A DNA stretch of 63,454 nucleotides, counting the filler, from Bigelowiella natans CCMP2755 (Eukaryota; Protista; Cercozoa), in NCBI GenBank assembly GCA_000320545.1. It is 8 parts of 8 records of this genome, joined end to end, with 100 filler letters (N's around TTAATTAATTAA, not from the genome) between each part and the next. Parts side by side here need not be neighbours in the genome. Positions count along the whole stretch, not along the records: positions 1 to 2,712 come from ADNK01000047.1; positions 2,813 to 11,932 come from ADNK01001179.1; positions 12,033 to 28,843 come from ADNK01002088.1; 5 more parts are not named here. One strand, given 5' to 3'. Numbering within the stretch: position 1 is the stretch's first letter; the number at the start of each line of letters is the position of its first letter. Under the pieces are notes generated by a model. It was not told where the DNA came from, did no database searches, and saw only the letters and a program-made list of their open reading frames with translations. The position numbers and the translations under genes are program-made. Below are positions 1-12,651 of this stretch, in pieces.

Positions 1-77
1 CCTCCTCCTCCTCCTCCTCCTCCTCCTCCTCCTCCTCCTCTCACTGCTTTTCACACAAAATGTATGACAACGAGCAG

Positions 78-1298
78 GTGATGCTGAGGGTACAGAAGTT
101 CCACGCTCAAGGTACGCTCTAATTTTACAAGCGTCGTCCATATCTCCCAGCAGCGGAGTTTTAATCATCTCCCATCTGTTACTCTGTTTAAGGTTTGCTT
201 GGCGTGGTTAAGAAAGACCCGAAAGATTCTAAGGCTGAGGTAGTAGTGCTAGCAGGGGATGATGTATTAGTAGTAGTAATAGTAATAGTAGTGAGTAGTA
301 GCAGTAGTTGTAATAGTAGTTAGTAGGTAGTATTCTGTGTCGCCATATATTCACTTAATACTTAAACTACCTATAACTACTAACTACTACTACTACTATT
401 ACTACTACTACTACTACTGCATGGTCAGATGTTCTTCAAAGAGTTACGGAGACACGACTTCCAGACGAGGCTTCTCAGGTAGCATGGAGCTAGAGAAAGA
501 GAGGGGGGGGGGGGGGGGGGGTTGTGAATCGTCTTATGGTGAAAATCAAGAAGCACTGCATTTTTCGTCGTTGTAGTCGTCATAATCCATCCTGTTGCTA
601 CTGCTGTTGTTTGAAAATACATCATTTTCATCCCCCTCTTCTCCAAAAGAAAATGAACCCCTTTTTGGCCTCCCCTCAACCCTCCTCCTCCTCCTCCTCG
701 TGAGGGAACCCCCTTGAAAAAAGTATTACTTCCCCACAAGTCACCCCCGGTGATTGTGTCCCCCCCCAACAAATGGGAGAAAGGAAAAAAACTCAAAAAA
801 ACGCTGGGTGTGGGGGGGTGACGAAAAAAAGCCCCCTTTATTCCCACATAGAGGTGGGGGGGGGGGAGAAAACAACCTCATTAATACGACTAATATGATC
901 GCGGGGTTGCTACGTCTAAAGTGTACACAAACAATCACAGGCCATGAATCCATGCTCGCTGCCAGCGGAAGCTGTTGGCTCGCTTGACCTCTGCAGGTTG
1001 CTGCGCCGATGAATCCTTTCCCATCTTAGATTCACCCATAAAATTGCTGCTGTTGCTTCCTGGTGTAGTCAGCTACTCTGATGTTGATGGGATGATTTTC
1101 ATCTTTTAACAGGGCGATGCTGTCGCAGTTGTATCTTGGCGTGCTTTGCCGGGATGAGGAGAGGAGGTGTGTGTTGCTTGCGGGCTGCCGCCATTATTTG
1201 TGCATACATGCATGCTACTTCCCTGTCGCCATCATCCCACTAAGTCCTCATCGGTTCCCCCTATTCGCAACTGTTTGTGTGTGTGTGTGTGTGTATGT

Positions 1299-1332
<34 letters not shown>

Positions 1333-2696
1333 TGCGTCGGTCCTTAACTGCCACCAATGAATCCACATCTACACTTTCCCCCCTCCCTCCCTCCCAAAAG
1401 ACGTATATCTGCGATTTCGGATGACGAGAAGGTCAGGAGGAGCATCAAGGTATGGCAACACCTCTCCCCCCCCTCCTCTCATTCTTCCCTTCTCTCTTTG
1501 CCTCTCTCGCTCGCCCTCCGCCTCCGTCTGCCTCTCCCACTCTTGGCAACGTTCATATTTTAGAAACTCCATTCCCAAGCGGTCTGGAGCAAACATCGCT
1601 CGATATATGCACATGCAGAGGATTCAACCACCTCTCCTGCATCATCATGATCGTCAACCATTATCGTCATCATCATCCTTCTGTCGTTTTTGTTCTTGCA
1701 CTTCAATTGTGCAGTTGCTAGATAAAAACCACCCCTCGCGAGAATGTCACAAGATAGGTTCGCCAACCCCTCCCCCTTCTTCGCTCTTGTGATAATGCAT
1801 ATTGCCCCTTTGTCTTCTGACTGCGGCGCCACACGTAGCTCCTATGTTGTGTGTGTTGTCCGTCCCCCAAATGATGATGATGATGATGAGGATGAGGATG
1901 AGGATGATGATGATGATGATGGTGGCAATAAAAAGGGGTTATATACGTGGTGGAGGGCCAAGACGATCAACGACAGATCTTGCGCAATTACCAACCAATG
2001 GAGGACACACGGTCGGTAGCTGCCTCCTCCTCCTCCTCCTCCTCTTTCTTTCTCCTGCTGCTGCTGCTGCTGCTACGTGCGCGTTTGGCTATACCGCTTT
2101 ATCCACTTACTTGCTTGTTTCTTCTTTTAAGTGCTTGCTTACTTGCTTCTAAGTAACACGTCTCTTTGTATTATTGCTAGCTTCTCTTTGTATTATTAAC
2201 CCTCCTCCTTGCTGCCGCGTTTGGCATGCCCCCATCCTCAGCTACCAAAAGTTCCTCAATGGCCTGGGGACTGAGGTGACGAATTTACATGGAATCACCC
2301 GCAATTTTCTCTGCTTTAAGATATGATAAGAGCTGCACGTGTTGATCATGGCTCTCACCCTCCCTCAGGTCGAAATGGCAACCCATCCTGGATTCGTTGG
2401 AGGCCTAGACAAGCGGGGCACTACAGGTGCTGCTTTCGTGATTGACACACATTCTCGCAGCAGTGAGGATGAAGATGAAGAGGAGGAGGAGGACGACGAC
2501 GAGGAGGAGGAGCACGATAATGATGATGATGATGATGCATTGGAACTGCCTTTTCCCACCCCGCCATCCCGTTCTTTCTCTCTCCTCTTCCCTTCCCCCT
2601 GACTCTGCATCTTCTTGGTTAGGAAAAACTTCCATATACGCGGCGGATGCGCTGTATGAGATCATGTTTCATGTGGTTACGTTAATGCCAACGAAG
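78..2696 (+). CDS. RapGAP-domain protein, RalGAP alpha subunit / tuberin-like (partial; begins before the window and runs into the gap)
   Basis: Spliced GT-AG exons read ...ISDDEKVRRSIK|LLDKNHPSRECHKIG|VIYVVEGQDDQRQILRN...|YQKFLNGLGTE|VEMATHPGFVGGLDKRGTTG|KTSIYAADALYEIMFHVVTLMPTK. This matches the RapGAP domain of RalGAPA as recalled ([23 protein letters not shown]...YEDFVAGLGWEV...HCGFMGGL...EVIFHVSTRMP). The catalytic Asn helix would lie in or after the gap. Confidence 0.85.
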
Positions 2697-2712
2697 GTAG
2701 TAGTATGGCATC

Positions 2713-2812
2713 NNNNNNNNNNNNNNNNNNNNNNNNNNNNNNNNNNNNNNNNNNNNTTAATTAATTAANNNNNNNNNNNNNNNNNNNNNNNNNNNNNNNN
2801 NNNNNNNNNNNN
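2713..2812. other. Assembly gap spacer (N44-TTAATTAATTAA-N44)
   Basis: 100-nt N block with a six-frame stop linker. Identical spacers are at 11933-12032, 28844-28943, 37871-37970, 58181-58280, 60202-60301 and 62140-62239. Confidence 0.99.
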
Positions 2813-3410
2813 ACAGTGTTTTTTTCTCCCGCTCTCCCTCCCAAACAGGACAAAGTATATAGGTCGGGAGTCTACCCCTCTCCTCCCCCTTTTTTTTTCC
2901 TAGTGGGGGGGAGGGGGGGTTCATATTTTATGGGGGGTACCATAAATATAGGGGGGGGGGGGGCCCCCCCCCCCCCCCGCAGGAACGCACAGCAAAGGGG
3001 GCTGACGATTGATAGGGAGAAACACTCGTGCTTACATCGGTAACTGACGGTGGGGCGTTTGTGGGACGAGTAGGCACATGTTTACTCGATTGCGAATGAT
3101 ATGCTCTTGAACGGATTTCTTCATGAAAAACATGTGCTACCGCATTGCAGGCTCATCCTTCGGGCCTATCCGCCAGCCGAGGGTTCTTTGGTTGCCGTCA
3201 TTTTTCCAAGGCAAATGAATACCTGCTGCGGCACAACAAGACGGCGATTGATTGGGACCTGAGAAAACATCGCCCGTGATTGCTAAAAGTGAATTTTTTG
3301 AGAGCTACCAAGCTACATTTGAATCTGAACGGTAGTGTGGCGCACCATGGAGAGACCTGTCTAGCTGTACGCGTGCAGCCGATGTTGTAAGCATATTTAG
3401 GCACATGCAA

Positions 3411-4380
3411 GAACGCAGTGGGAGCAAATGACACACTGATGAGTGCAATCGCACTAGCTAGCTAGGGCATTTTGAACTCGGGTGCTAGCTTAGCTAGCTG
3501 CCGCATTGTTTCACGCGCAGTTGCGCATCAGCGCATGTGCTGTGTTCTGCGCAATGACTGCCGATGCTTAGCTTCACGACTTTGGTGGAAGGTTTTGATC
3601 CCATGTGGACGGACAAACATGCACATGTGCCATGGGCATGAGTAAGTGAGCAAGTGAGTGAGTGTGTGTGTGTGTGTGTGTGTGTGTCACTAGCTCCAGA
3701 GCTAACTAGGCACAAAAACATGAGCCAATCCAGCTAGCCAGTCTAGCAGTGCCTTGGCATGCAAGTCAGTGGTCTACTAGACTAGCTAGCTAGCCTAGCA
3801 GCAGAGAAGGACGATTGTGCACAATGACGGTGCGGCGCAACTAGGCGAGAGCAATTTGATCTAGTTGAAGGTTGCTGGCAGCCCAACTAGCCAATCTCTT
3901 TAGCTAGCTAGCTGCTCTGCAGACTTGGCTTGTTAGGCACTCGCTAGCTCTGGAGCTGGAGGACTCCAGCACAGAGATCTAGCAATGCTGAAAAAATGAC
4001 TTAGTTGTCACACTGTTGGACTAGCACAGACCAGGAGAACGTTCTGTCGATCTTCAATCATTTCATTCTAGCATCTAGAGCATTCTAGCATTGTTGCACA
4101 TGACATGCTAGCAAGCACAGCGCTGTCTTGCTGTGGCTAGACATCTAAATCTAGAGGTAGCGCACAATGAAAGGAATGCCAATGGCACTAATGATGCATG
4201 CAAAAACATCAAACATGGTCACGCTTGCAATGCACCATAGTAGCCACCATAGTAGCATGCTAGCATGCTACAATGCTGCACTCGAAAGATCAATGATGCA
4301 CTTCTACGCACACAACTAGACAACAACAAATCCGATGTCGTTTGTGCTGAGATTCAAAGAGAAGGACTCATCAGAAGGCA
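3411..4380. repeat. CTAG-rich intergenic block with context-restricted TpA
   Basis: About 30 of ~47 TA dinucleotides (manual count) are CTAG, and all but one have a 5' C or a 3' G. TG, CA, CATG and TGCA are abundant. Confidence 0.7.
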
Positions 4381-4432
4381 AAAAATATTGAATCATAGCC
4401 CATCTGCTTCGAGTCTCATGTCGTCATTGTGT

Positions 4433-5922
4433 TCATTCGCATGGCATTCTTCTAGGTGGTGGGGGTGGCAACGGCGGAAGATTCTGGAATATTCTTTCAT
4501 TCAAAGGCTGTTTTTGCTCTTTTCGTGTGACATTAGTTCTATCTTTACAAACTACTTCAGAATTTGATTCGGGACGTACTGTTTTCGCGCAAACTCTACG
4601 GGTGAAGGGTGGTGTGGGCTTTCTCTTGTTTTTTTGCACAGCTCGAGTAGCTGCCGCTCTTGAGCGTTGAGGAAGGGGAGGAGCTTTACTAGTCAGCTCT
4701 TGTCCAACTGTCCTACTTCTGGTTCGTGGTGGAAGGATAGGAGGGATCCTCTGGAGCTCGCTACTTTCTAGAATTCCATTCTTCTTTTCAGCTTTGGATT
4801 TTTTATTACCGTCTTTAAAGGCAGCGTTCACTTTGGAGCTACTGGGTTTGAGGTTCGGAGGGGCTGAAGCTCCTCGCTTTCTTCGATTTTTTTCTGCGTC
4901 TTCTAGGACGGACAGGATCACCCTCTCATTCTCCATTACGAATTTTCTGCACATGACAAATATTATTTATTAAAAAACGAGAATTTCCAAAAAAATCGTG
5001 AGAACGTACGTTCTCGCCTTGACAGCTTTTTGGTGTGCCTGTAAAACACAAACACACAAACAAACACACACACACACACACATGATTTGCAGATCAAAGG
5101 AGCACGATATTTTTTCAAGCCTTCATTATAAATACTCGCTGTGAGTTTCCTCTCAATCTGCAAGTCATCCTTTTCTCATCTGTTTCATTGAGAACTTTGC
5201 TGATGCGTGAATACGCGTTTCCGGTGTTGCTTATCTTTTCAAGAACATATCAGAAATTTTAGTAATGTTCAGCTGAGATTCACATGAGGAAATAATTTGT
5301 TCTCAACTGATGGAAAGGGGGCATTTATTCCTAGATGCACTTTGCTCTAAAACACAGGTTCCATTTTAGATCAGGATGGTGATAGAATGTTTGAATCTCT
5401 AATCTGCTGTTCCCTTACCTCTAGATATTGTGTTGTTTCTTCATTGATTTGTAAAAAGTCAATTACCATTGGTCTTACGCAATCGATTTCTAAAAGGATT
5501 CTATAGATTTCAATTCGTTAGTCTCATGCGCTCAGTAGCAAAACATTTAGATAGGTTATGTTTCCCTCTCAGGTCAAGAACTGCACAATTTCAAAAACGT
5601 CCATGCCTGAAATAGTTTTGTAGTTTCTCCAAGATGTCATCCTTCACGGAAAAAAAGTTCGGGATTCGAGGGACTCGATGAGCTAACGTGGAGTATGTTC
5701 CTCGCCATTCTTTGTCAAATTCTCTTAGCTGCATGTTCAAGTTCAAGTCTTATCACTCACACACTCACACAAGGAGAGCTCATTTGAAAGAATTTCATGA
5801 CTGACCTGCGCAACATCCCTTGTGTTGACAGATCGGCATGTCCGCGACGGGGCATGCACAAAAACCGAAATGATGTACGCACTCTTCGCTGGAGCCACCT
5901 CAACATGAAGCCGGTAGCCCAT
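4433..5922 (-). CDS. Divergent PX-like domain protein with a Pro-rich C-terminal tail (multi-exon)
   Basis: Exons splice in phase: MGYRLHVEVAPAKSAYIISVFVHAPSRTCRSVNTRDVAQ|LREFDKEWRGTYSTLAHRVPRIPNFFSVKDDILEKLQNYFR|ILLEIDCVRPMVIDFLQINEE, with the PX-type pattern Y.I.V...PxxP...LqxYxxxLL...dFL. The last exon is ORF 4433-4954, containing PPILPPR and PPLPQR. The start codon is uncertain. Confidence 0.55.
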
Positions 5923-6512
5923 CCGCAAGCGTGAAAATACCGTGGGATGAGAACCAGCCTTCAGATTTAGCTCAGCCCTTCAAACTTGGCTAACGAAGTG
6001 ATCCCTTCAATGCTCTCAAGGCTGTGTGGATTACGTGGTAGGGGGTGTTCGTTGGAAAGCCGTTTTTGTTGACGTCTATGTCTTGTCGCACCTGCAAATC
6101 GGATGCGGATTCGACGCAATTGCTGCGATGTGACCCGAGTGATGTTGTTGACAGCAAACGAGGGAAAAACGACTTGTCGCAATGGTCTCCGTGCAGCTTG
6201 GGTGTTGGTGCTGCAGGATGTTTCCTGCCCAAAGTTGTGCCCGGAACCAGAGCTTCCGTGAAGGAATGAATCCGCCTAGATTGCATCCACACGACATGGC
6301 GTCATGGCGACGTCGGAATGCGATTTTCGCCCTGCATCGCATTGGTCCTTTCAAATTCTTGCAATGAAAGGACTCGCTTCTTTTCCATTCTTTCGTCCAG
6401 GCCTGTTGTTTTGTGCGCGTCAAACTGGTTCAACACTAGCAGTGCAAAGTCAGGCACTGCCTTCCTCGCCAGCAGCTCGCCGTAGCAATTGTTGCAGCGT
6501 TGTCGTTTGGCA

Positions 6513-6569
6513 GAACAATGAACAATGAACAAAGCGTTGATCAAATCTACATGCGCCAGAACCACATGG
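6513..6569 (-). repeat. Short dispersed repeat, copy A, ending in (TTCATTG)n
   Basis: The reverse complement CCATGTGGTTCTGGCGCATGTAGATTTGATCAACGCTTTGTTCATTGTTCATTGTTC aligns with 18696-18755 and 18845-18893. Confidence 0.85.
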
Positions 6570-6934
6570 GAGACAGAGGCTCGTGTCGTTTGCACACAAG
6601 GGTGCACCTTCTGATTGCCGGTGTTCGGTTTTCCCGAGTTTCGGCATCGAAAAAGCGGAGCCATAGGGCTAAATTAACTTAAAACACCGGAATGACGTTG
6701 TCGCTCTGTCAAATCTGCATGTATTTTGGGTGACCTTTCGCTTCCGATCGCGCAGTCAGTCACAAATGCAATCACGTGATGGGAAATGTGGGAGTAAACA
6801 CAGACCAAATTTCTGTAACGACAGGTCATAAACGGGGAAAAGTAAGAGATTTGGATGCCATTTTTTGGATTTCGATGTGCGAATATGTGTTCGGATCTCA
6901 TATTGCGCATGCAAATCTCAAAAGTCGCAGAGCC

Positions 6935-8298
6935 ATGAGCAAGAAAGTGCTCGTCACCGGAGGTGCGTGGTGAAAGGGGGGTTGGGTGGGGTAGGAAAGC
7001 GATGGATGCACTAGAAAATGAAGTTTGTACATCTTACAGGTAACACGGGAATCGGGTTTGCTTTTTGCAAGAAACTAGCAATTCAGAACAAGTGCCACGT
7101 GTACCTGTGCTCGCGCAATGAGGACAAAGGAAAGGCCGCTGTGGCTGCCATTCTCAAAGAGGCTCCAGAGGCCAAAGTGGAGCTCATCGTCTTAGACGTT
7201 GGAAAGGATGAATCGGTCAAATACTCCATCGTTAGCGACACTCTCATCATCCGATTTACTCCAGCAGCAGAGGGCCTAATCCTACACCCTCTCCTCCCCC
7301 TTCCCGACTTCTGTCTCTTTCGCCACAGGTCACTGCGGCTGCCAAGAAGCTTGAGGGAACCACTTTGTACGGGATTGTGAACAATGCGGGCACTGGGTTT
7401 GCCCACGGAACATCGTGGGAGACGATTCTGAACGTAAACTTGGAAGGGCCTAGGAGGGTATGCGACGCTTTCCTCCCGATGCTGGACAAGAAGGAGGGCC
7501 GCATTGTAAATGTAAGTAGCGGCGCCGCTTCTGCGTACATCAAGGGCAGCATGGGTAGCAACAATGTGGGAAAAGCCTCCAAGGAGGAGAAGGCTCCTCT
7601 CACCAGTTTTGATGTTACTTGGGAGCAGATCCAAGCCACCGGTAAAACTCATATTTTTTTGAAGAAAACTGATTATAATGAATGAGCACCCTCCCCTCAA
7701 TATCGCACGATTTTAATGGACCGGTATGACGGCACTCCACGGCATAATCGGCCTGATGCGCGTGCGAGATCAAACGCCTCCAATTTTCCTCCCGAAACTC
7801 TTTTCTTTAAAGTCCGGGAGGTACGGAAGGGGCCCACAAGATCACAAGATCTTCTTTAATAAAAAATAGAGAGGGGGGGGAAGGGGAGAGAGAAAACCGG
7901 GGGGGGGGATGGGGCTGCTTTCTTTGTGCTGCTGAACATGAATGACTCCACTTTACGTTGCAGTGGAAGCCGAAAAGAAGGCTGGCGGTGGCAAGATGGA
8001 TGGGTTCTCCGCATATGGCCTCTCCAAAGCAGCTCTCACAGCATACACTATGCTCCTCGCGAAAAAGTACCCGAACATCACAAGCAGCAGCTGCTCTCCC
8101 GGGTTCATCGCCACTGCTATGACGAAGGGATTCAACGCTAAACTCACACCGATGCAAGGCACGGTCTCCCTTTCGCACTGCCTTTTCGGAAAGCTGGGAG
8201 GTAATGGTTGGTACTTCGGCTCCGATGCCAAGCGAAGTCCGTTAGATCAGGGCCGTGATCCTGGAGACCCTGAATACAAGCCGGATGGGGGAAAGTGA
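6935..8298 (+). CDS. Classical short-chain dehydrogenase/reductase, carbonyl reductase-like (4 exons)
   Basis: MSKKVLVTG|GNTGIGFAFC (TGxxxGIG; intron 6963-7039), LDVGKDES|VTAAAKKLEGTTLYGIVNNAG (NNAG), GRIVNVSSG, YGLSKAAL (YxxxK) and CSPGFIATAM, ending in TGA at 8298. Confidence 0.95.
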
Positions 8299-9637
8299 GG
8301 GTGCTAGCTAGTCTGGTGACAATGTGAAGATGATGGGCATGCCATGATGAGCGTGGTGCGTGCGATGTCGGAGCCAATGGCAGGCAGGGATTCCAGCTTT
8401 GTAGCGTTTCGTGGCATGCATAATTCTATGTGATGCATGTGCAAGCTGTGATGAAAATCAATGCAGTAATCGATCACGAGCGACACATCGTGCGCGCACG
8501 ATCTAGCGATATGCGATGCAAGGCATGCTAGCATGCGACCGAGCAGGTGGGCAGCATAGTTGACGAGATGTGACAAGTAGGGCATTTTTGTAGTCGATCG
8601 TGATGCGCTGCATGGCGACTAGCTACTAGCTGTCTACGCTACGTGCAAACCGTTTAACGCGACAGTGCTAAGCAAATGAAATGCAATGCTGTTGCTATGC
8701 ATGCTATAATGCACATGCATCCGCTCGTTCTCTTCAGCTGCTCACAATCATCAGTTATCAGTACATAAGCCGTGAATTATTGCTGAGATGCGTAAACATG
8801 GTGAACGCATGTCGAGTGTGTACTGCATAGGCAGCTTATTATGCTTCCAATCGCAATAATATTGCACGCCCATTGCGGCACACAGGGTGCATGCATGCGG
8901 TAGATCGATCAGTTGTTTATTCAAAACAACATGTAACAGACACAAGGCGTATACTATTATAGAATGCCTATTACTCATTTCACTCGTGCACTCGGATTTT
9001 GCAGCGAAGTATAGGGAAGAATCCATCTACCTGGCCTTGGCAACTATGTGTTGTCAATTACTCCGCACACGTGTTAGATAGTCTTCTTCTACAAGGCAGG
9101 AAGACCCGCGGCCTACATATTATTCGCGCACAGCAGATTTAGAGATGATGCAACCCCCCCCCCCCCCTCCCTTACGCTCCTACAATGCTTACCTTCCGAT
9201 TCTTGTCGAGGACCTGTTCTTTGAACTGGATCCCAGTCTGTGTAGATGAATGCACAAAGTGTGAGGAGGAGGAGCTGCTGCAACCGAAGGGGGGGGGGGA
9301 GGGAGGTGACGTCCACGGTATGATTAAGCACTCTATATTAACGCAAAACAAACTGGTAGGAGGAGGGCATGAGAGCGAAGCTCGAAGAAGCAGCACTGGC
9401 GCACACTGTGTTTCAGCGACCGTGATATACCACACTGGCCGACAGATCAGAACTACTTACACCCCCCTCCCCCCCTCCCCTTGTAAACTAGAGAAGAAAC
9501 CAGCATCTTTGCTCATGCGGCTGAGCGCTTACGAGCAGCAGCTAATGCTCTGCCACGATGAGATAGAAAGTAGCGTTACCAACGGCAATGTTCTAGTCGC
9601 TCAATGATTATAGCTATTTGCGGTACTTGTTTGTTGG

Positions 9638-9682
<45 letters not shown>

Positions 9683-9821
9683 TGTGCATATATAAATAAT
9701 ATACATGGTTTTTTACCTGAATCCACGACAAGAAATCCACCGCCTCTTGCACCGACATCATCGGAAATCGTTTGATGAAGTCCTCCGCTGCGGCCATACA
9801 CAAACATCATAAACATATACA

Positions 9822-9868
<47 letters not shown>

Positions 9869-10121
9869 TCGTACACGCGCGCGCGCACATAAATATATCC
9901 ATGCATGGCAAGGGGTCCTTGCTATTCGAAAGCGATAAAGAACTCCGCCAGAGCTCTAAGAGGTGGAGAACTAACCGGTAGCGACTTTCCCGTTAAGGCC
10001 AGTGAGATAATCGGCAATGGCGTTTTGAGGTTCCAACGCCTAATCCAAACAACATCATCAGCATCACCCCCATCATCAATGCGAACGCTCTCCTCCTCGC
10101 CCTCCCTGCCTACTTTCTACT

Positions 10122-10320
10122 AACGCCGTGTGCTGCTACGGCTACTGCTACCGTTCATGCTGTTTATGCGAACGGGATATGTATATAATACATATCATAA
10201 AACTGTAAATATATTTATATGTCTATATATATATATATATATATATATAACCCCCCCCCCCCATTCAGATTATAGCGCTTCCCAATTGTGTCAAATTTGG
10301 CCTTTCGTTCCTGAGGGAAA

Positions 10321-10390
<70 letters not shown>

Positions 10391-11932
10391 TACATAAACA
10401 TATTGTAACATCTGGTCTTCTTCCTGATATCCTTCCTCCTCATGATTCCATTCGGAAAACAAGAAAGTCGGTTGCAAAGGGGGGGGGGCAGCACCTTCAA
10501 CTCCTCCGTAGACATGAGCTTCTGAACGGGCTTGCCATCGGACCCTAAGGCAGTTGTTGACCCCATTCCCTGCATCTACGGAGGACAAACATTAATGATG
10601 AAGAGGGATGGGGGGGGGGGGGGGGGAGGACAAACATTAATGATGACCTGAATATGTGCTTCCTAATGAGGACTATTTATGTGATATATATCAGCATATA
10701 TCAGCATATCAATATTGACTAATGTGATATATATCAGCATATATCAGCGTATCACTGATTCATGTGATATATATATCATATATATTATATAAATATGTGT
10801 GTGTATAAACTATGGCTGTTTGAGGAAGTGTCACAGAAAGCATCTTCTCTTGGCTATAGCTTATAGCACATTCTCTCGGTGAAATACAGTCGCAGCAGCA
10901 GCAGTAGCAGCAGCACTAACTGACACATCACCATCGTTCCTTCGACTTAAAACAACAACATGATGAAACAGCTTCTTCTTCATCCTCCTCCTCCTCCTCC
11001 TCCTCCTTCACCGCCCACATCTCACCTGTGCCTGGGATATTGGAATCTTCGTTTTCCCGGCCACACTCTATAGAAGAACAAGTATGAGAAGAATAAGAAG
11101 AAGAAGAAGAGGATAACACAGAATTTCCCTCTCGCTCGCTCACACACTATTTACAGCATATTGTTTCTGTTTATCATCATCATCATCATCCATTATCATC
11201 ATCATCATTATTATCATCATCATCATTTATCATCATCATCATCACCAGCATCATTTATCATCATCAGCACCATCATGGTAATCCTGAAAGTCATCATTTC
11301 ATCCTCTGCAGTATGAATACATAACACAGAGGCACTCGCACGCCGCAAGTGCTACACACCTGCTGCCTTAATGCCTCCTCCTCTACCATTTTCTACAAGC
11401 ATTCAAAAACACACCAAAAAAGTTAGCATTGCGTGATAATCCATGCGGGGTAATGAGAGGGGCTGCGGAGGGTGCTAGTAGTAGATGTTTATCAAGTTTT
11501 GAGATCGAAATCAGGCAAGATAAGCTGCTGCTATGGGATTGTACCTTGAGTAGTGTTGCGGCATGGCTTTTGGCCTTCCTCTAGGGTATAAGTAGAGATA
11601 AACAGATCATTGAGAAGGAGTTGATGGAAGTGAGTACGACGCATCGCAACCCCCCCCCCCCCGATCCAGAAGCGGATAGTGGATTGATGATGGGATAGGG
11701 GAGCGGGGGGGATAAAGCGATAGTGAGCACATGCATTGTGGGATAAGAAGATAAGGATGCAAAAAAGAAAGCCTATTCTTTTGTGTTTAAGGGGCTGTAT
11801 TATTTAATGGCTACCCTCCGGTGAAGTAATCGAGCACCGATGGAGAGGTCTGGCCCCTATCTTGGGACCGCAAATCGCAGGGTTCCAAGGGAAGGGGCTT
11901 CCGATCTGGCTGAGGGACTTTGCGCTTCTGTC
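10122..11932 (-). CDS. Probable multi-exon gene of unknown function (3' part)
   Basis: Several short AG..GT-bounded segments sit between microsatellite introns (e.g. MQGMGSTTALGSDGKPVQKLMSTEELK; ERKAKFDTIGKRYNL). No family recognised and the phases are not fully resolved. Confidence 0.3.
10678..10780. repeat. Minisatellite (ATGTGATATATATCAGCATATATCAGC-like units)
   Basis: Three imperfect tandem copies are visible. A direct repeat GGAGGACAAACATTAATGATGA also flanks a G-run at ~10580-10647. Confidence 0.7.
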
Positions 11933-12131
11933 NNNNNNNNNNNNNNNNNNNNNNNNNNNNNNNNNNNNNNNNNNNNTTAATTAATTAANNNNNNNNNNNN
12001 NNNNNNNNNNNNNNNNNNNNNNNNNNNNNNNNGTGTGTGTGTGTGTGTGTGTGTGTGTATGCGTGGGAACCTTCCTCTCCCCATCTCAACACTTACTATA
12101 TCTTCTTACCACTACCGCCACGATGCCGCAG

Positions 12132-12614
12132 GTATGTTTGTATATCCTCGCCAACTAGTACTTAAGACCTGCGGTACGACAACGATCCTGATGGCTGTTC
12201 CAGAGTAGTGTTTCTTACCCACAACAAATGATAATACACGCGAAGAATATCCAACATGCACACAATTCTCACTCCAGTATCTTCATATTTACGCATTAGT
12301 ATTTCCTCTTCCTATTCCCCCCCACCTTTGCTTCTTCTTCTTCTTCTTCTACGTCTATCACTACTGCTATTCGCCTATGTAAAACTAACACATATCATCG
12401 TCCTATCCTTGCTGTTCAGAATCCTAAAAATAGCAGCATCGGTGGGGCTGCACGTGGACGACGTTTTCTACAATCGCCAGAACTTTTTCTTCCCGGATAA
12501 GCAGGTTCTTTGTTGCCAGCTTTGTTGGATGACGAAGGGGGGAAGAGGGGTGAGGGAGGCGCAAGCAAGAGCGACAATGGAACACATGTTGAGATTGAGA
12601 TTCTACGCTTGGCG

Positions 12615-12651
<37 letters not shown>

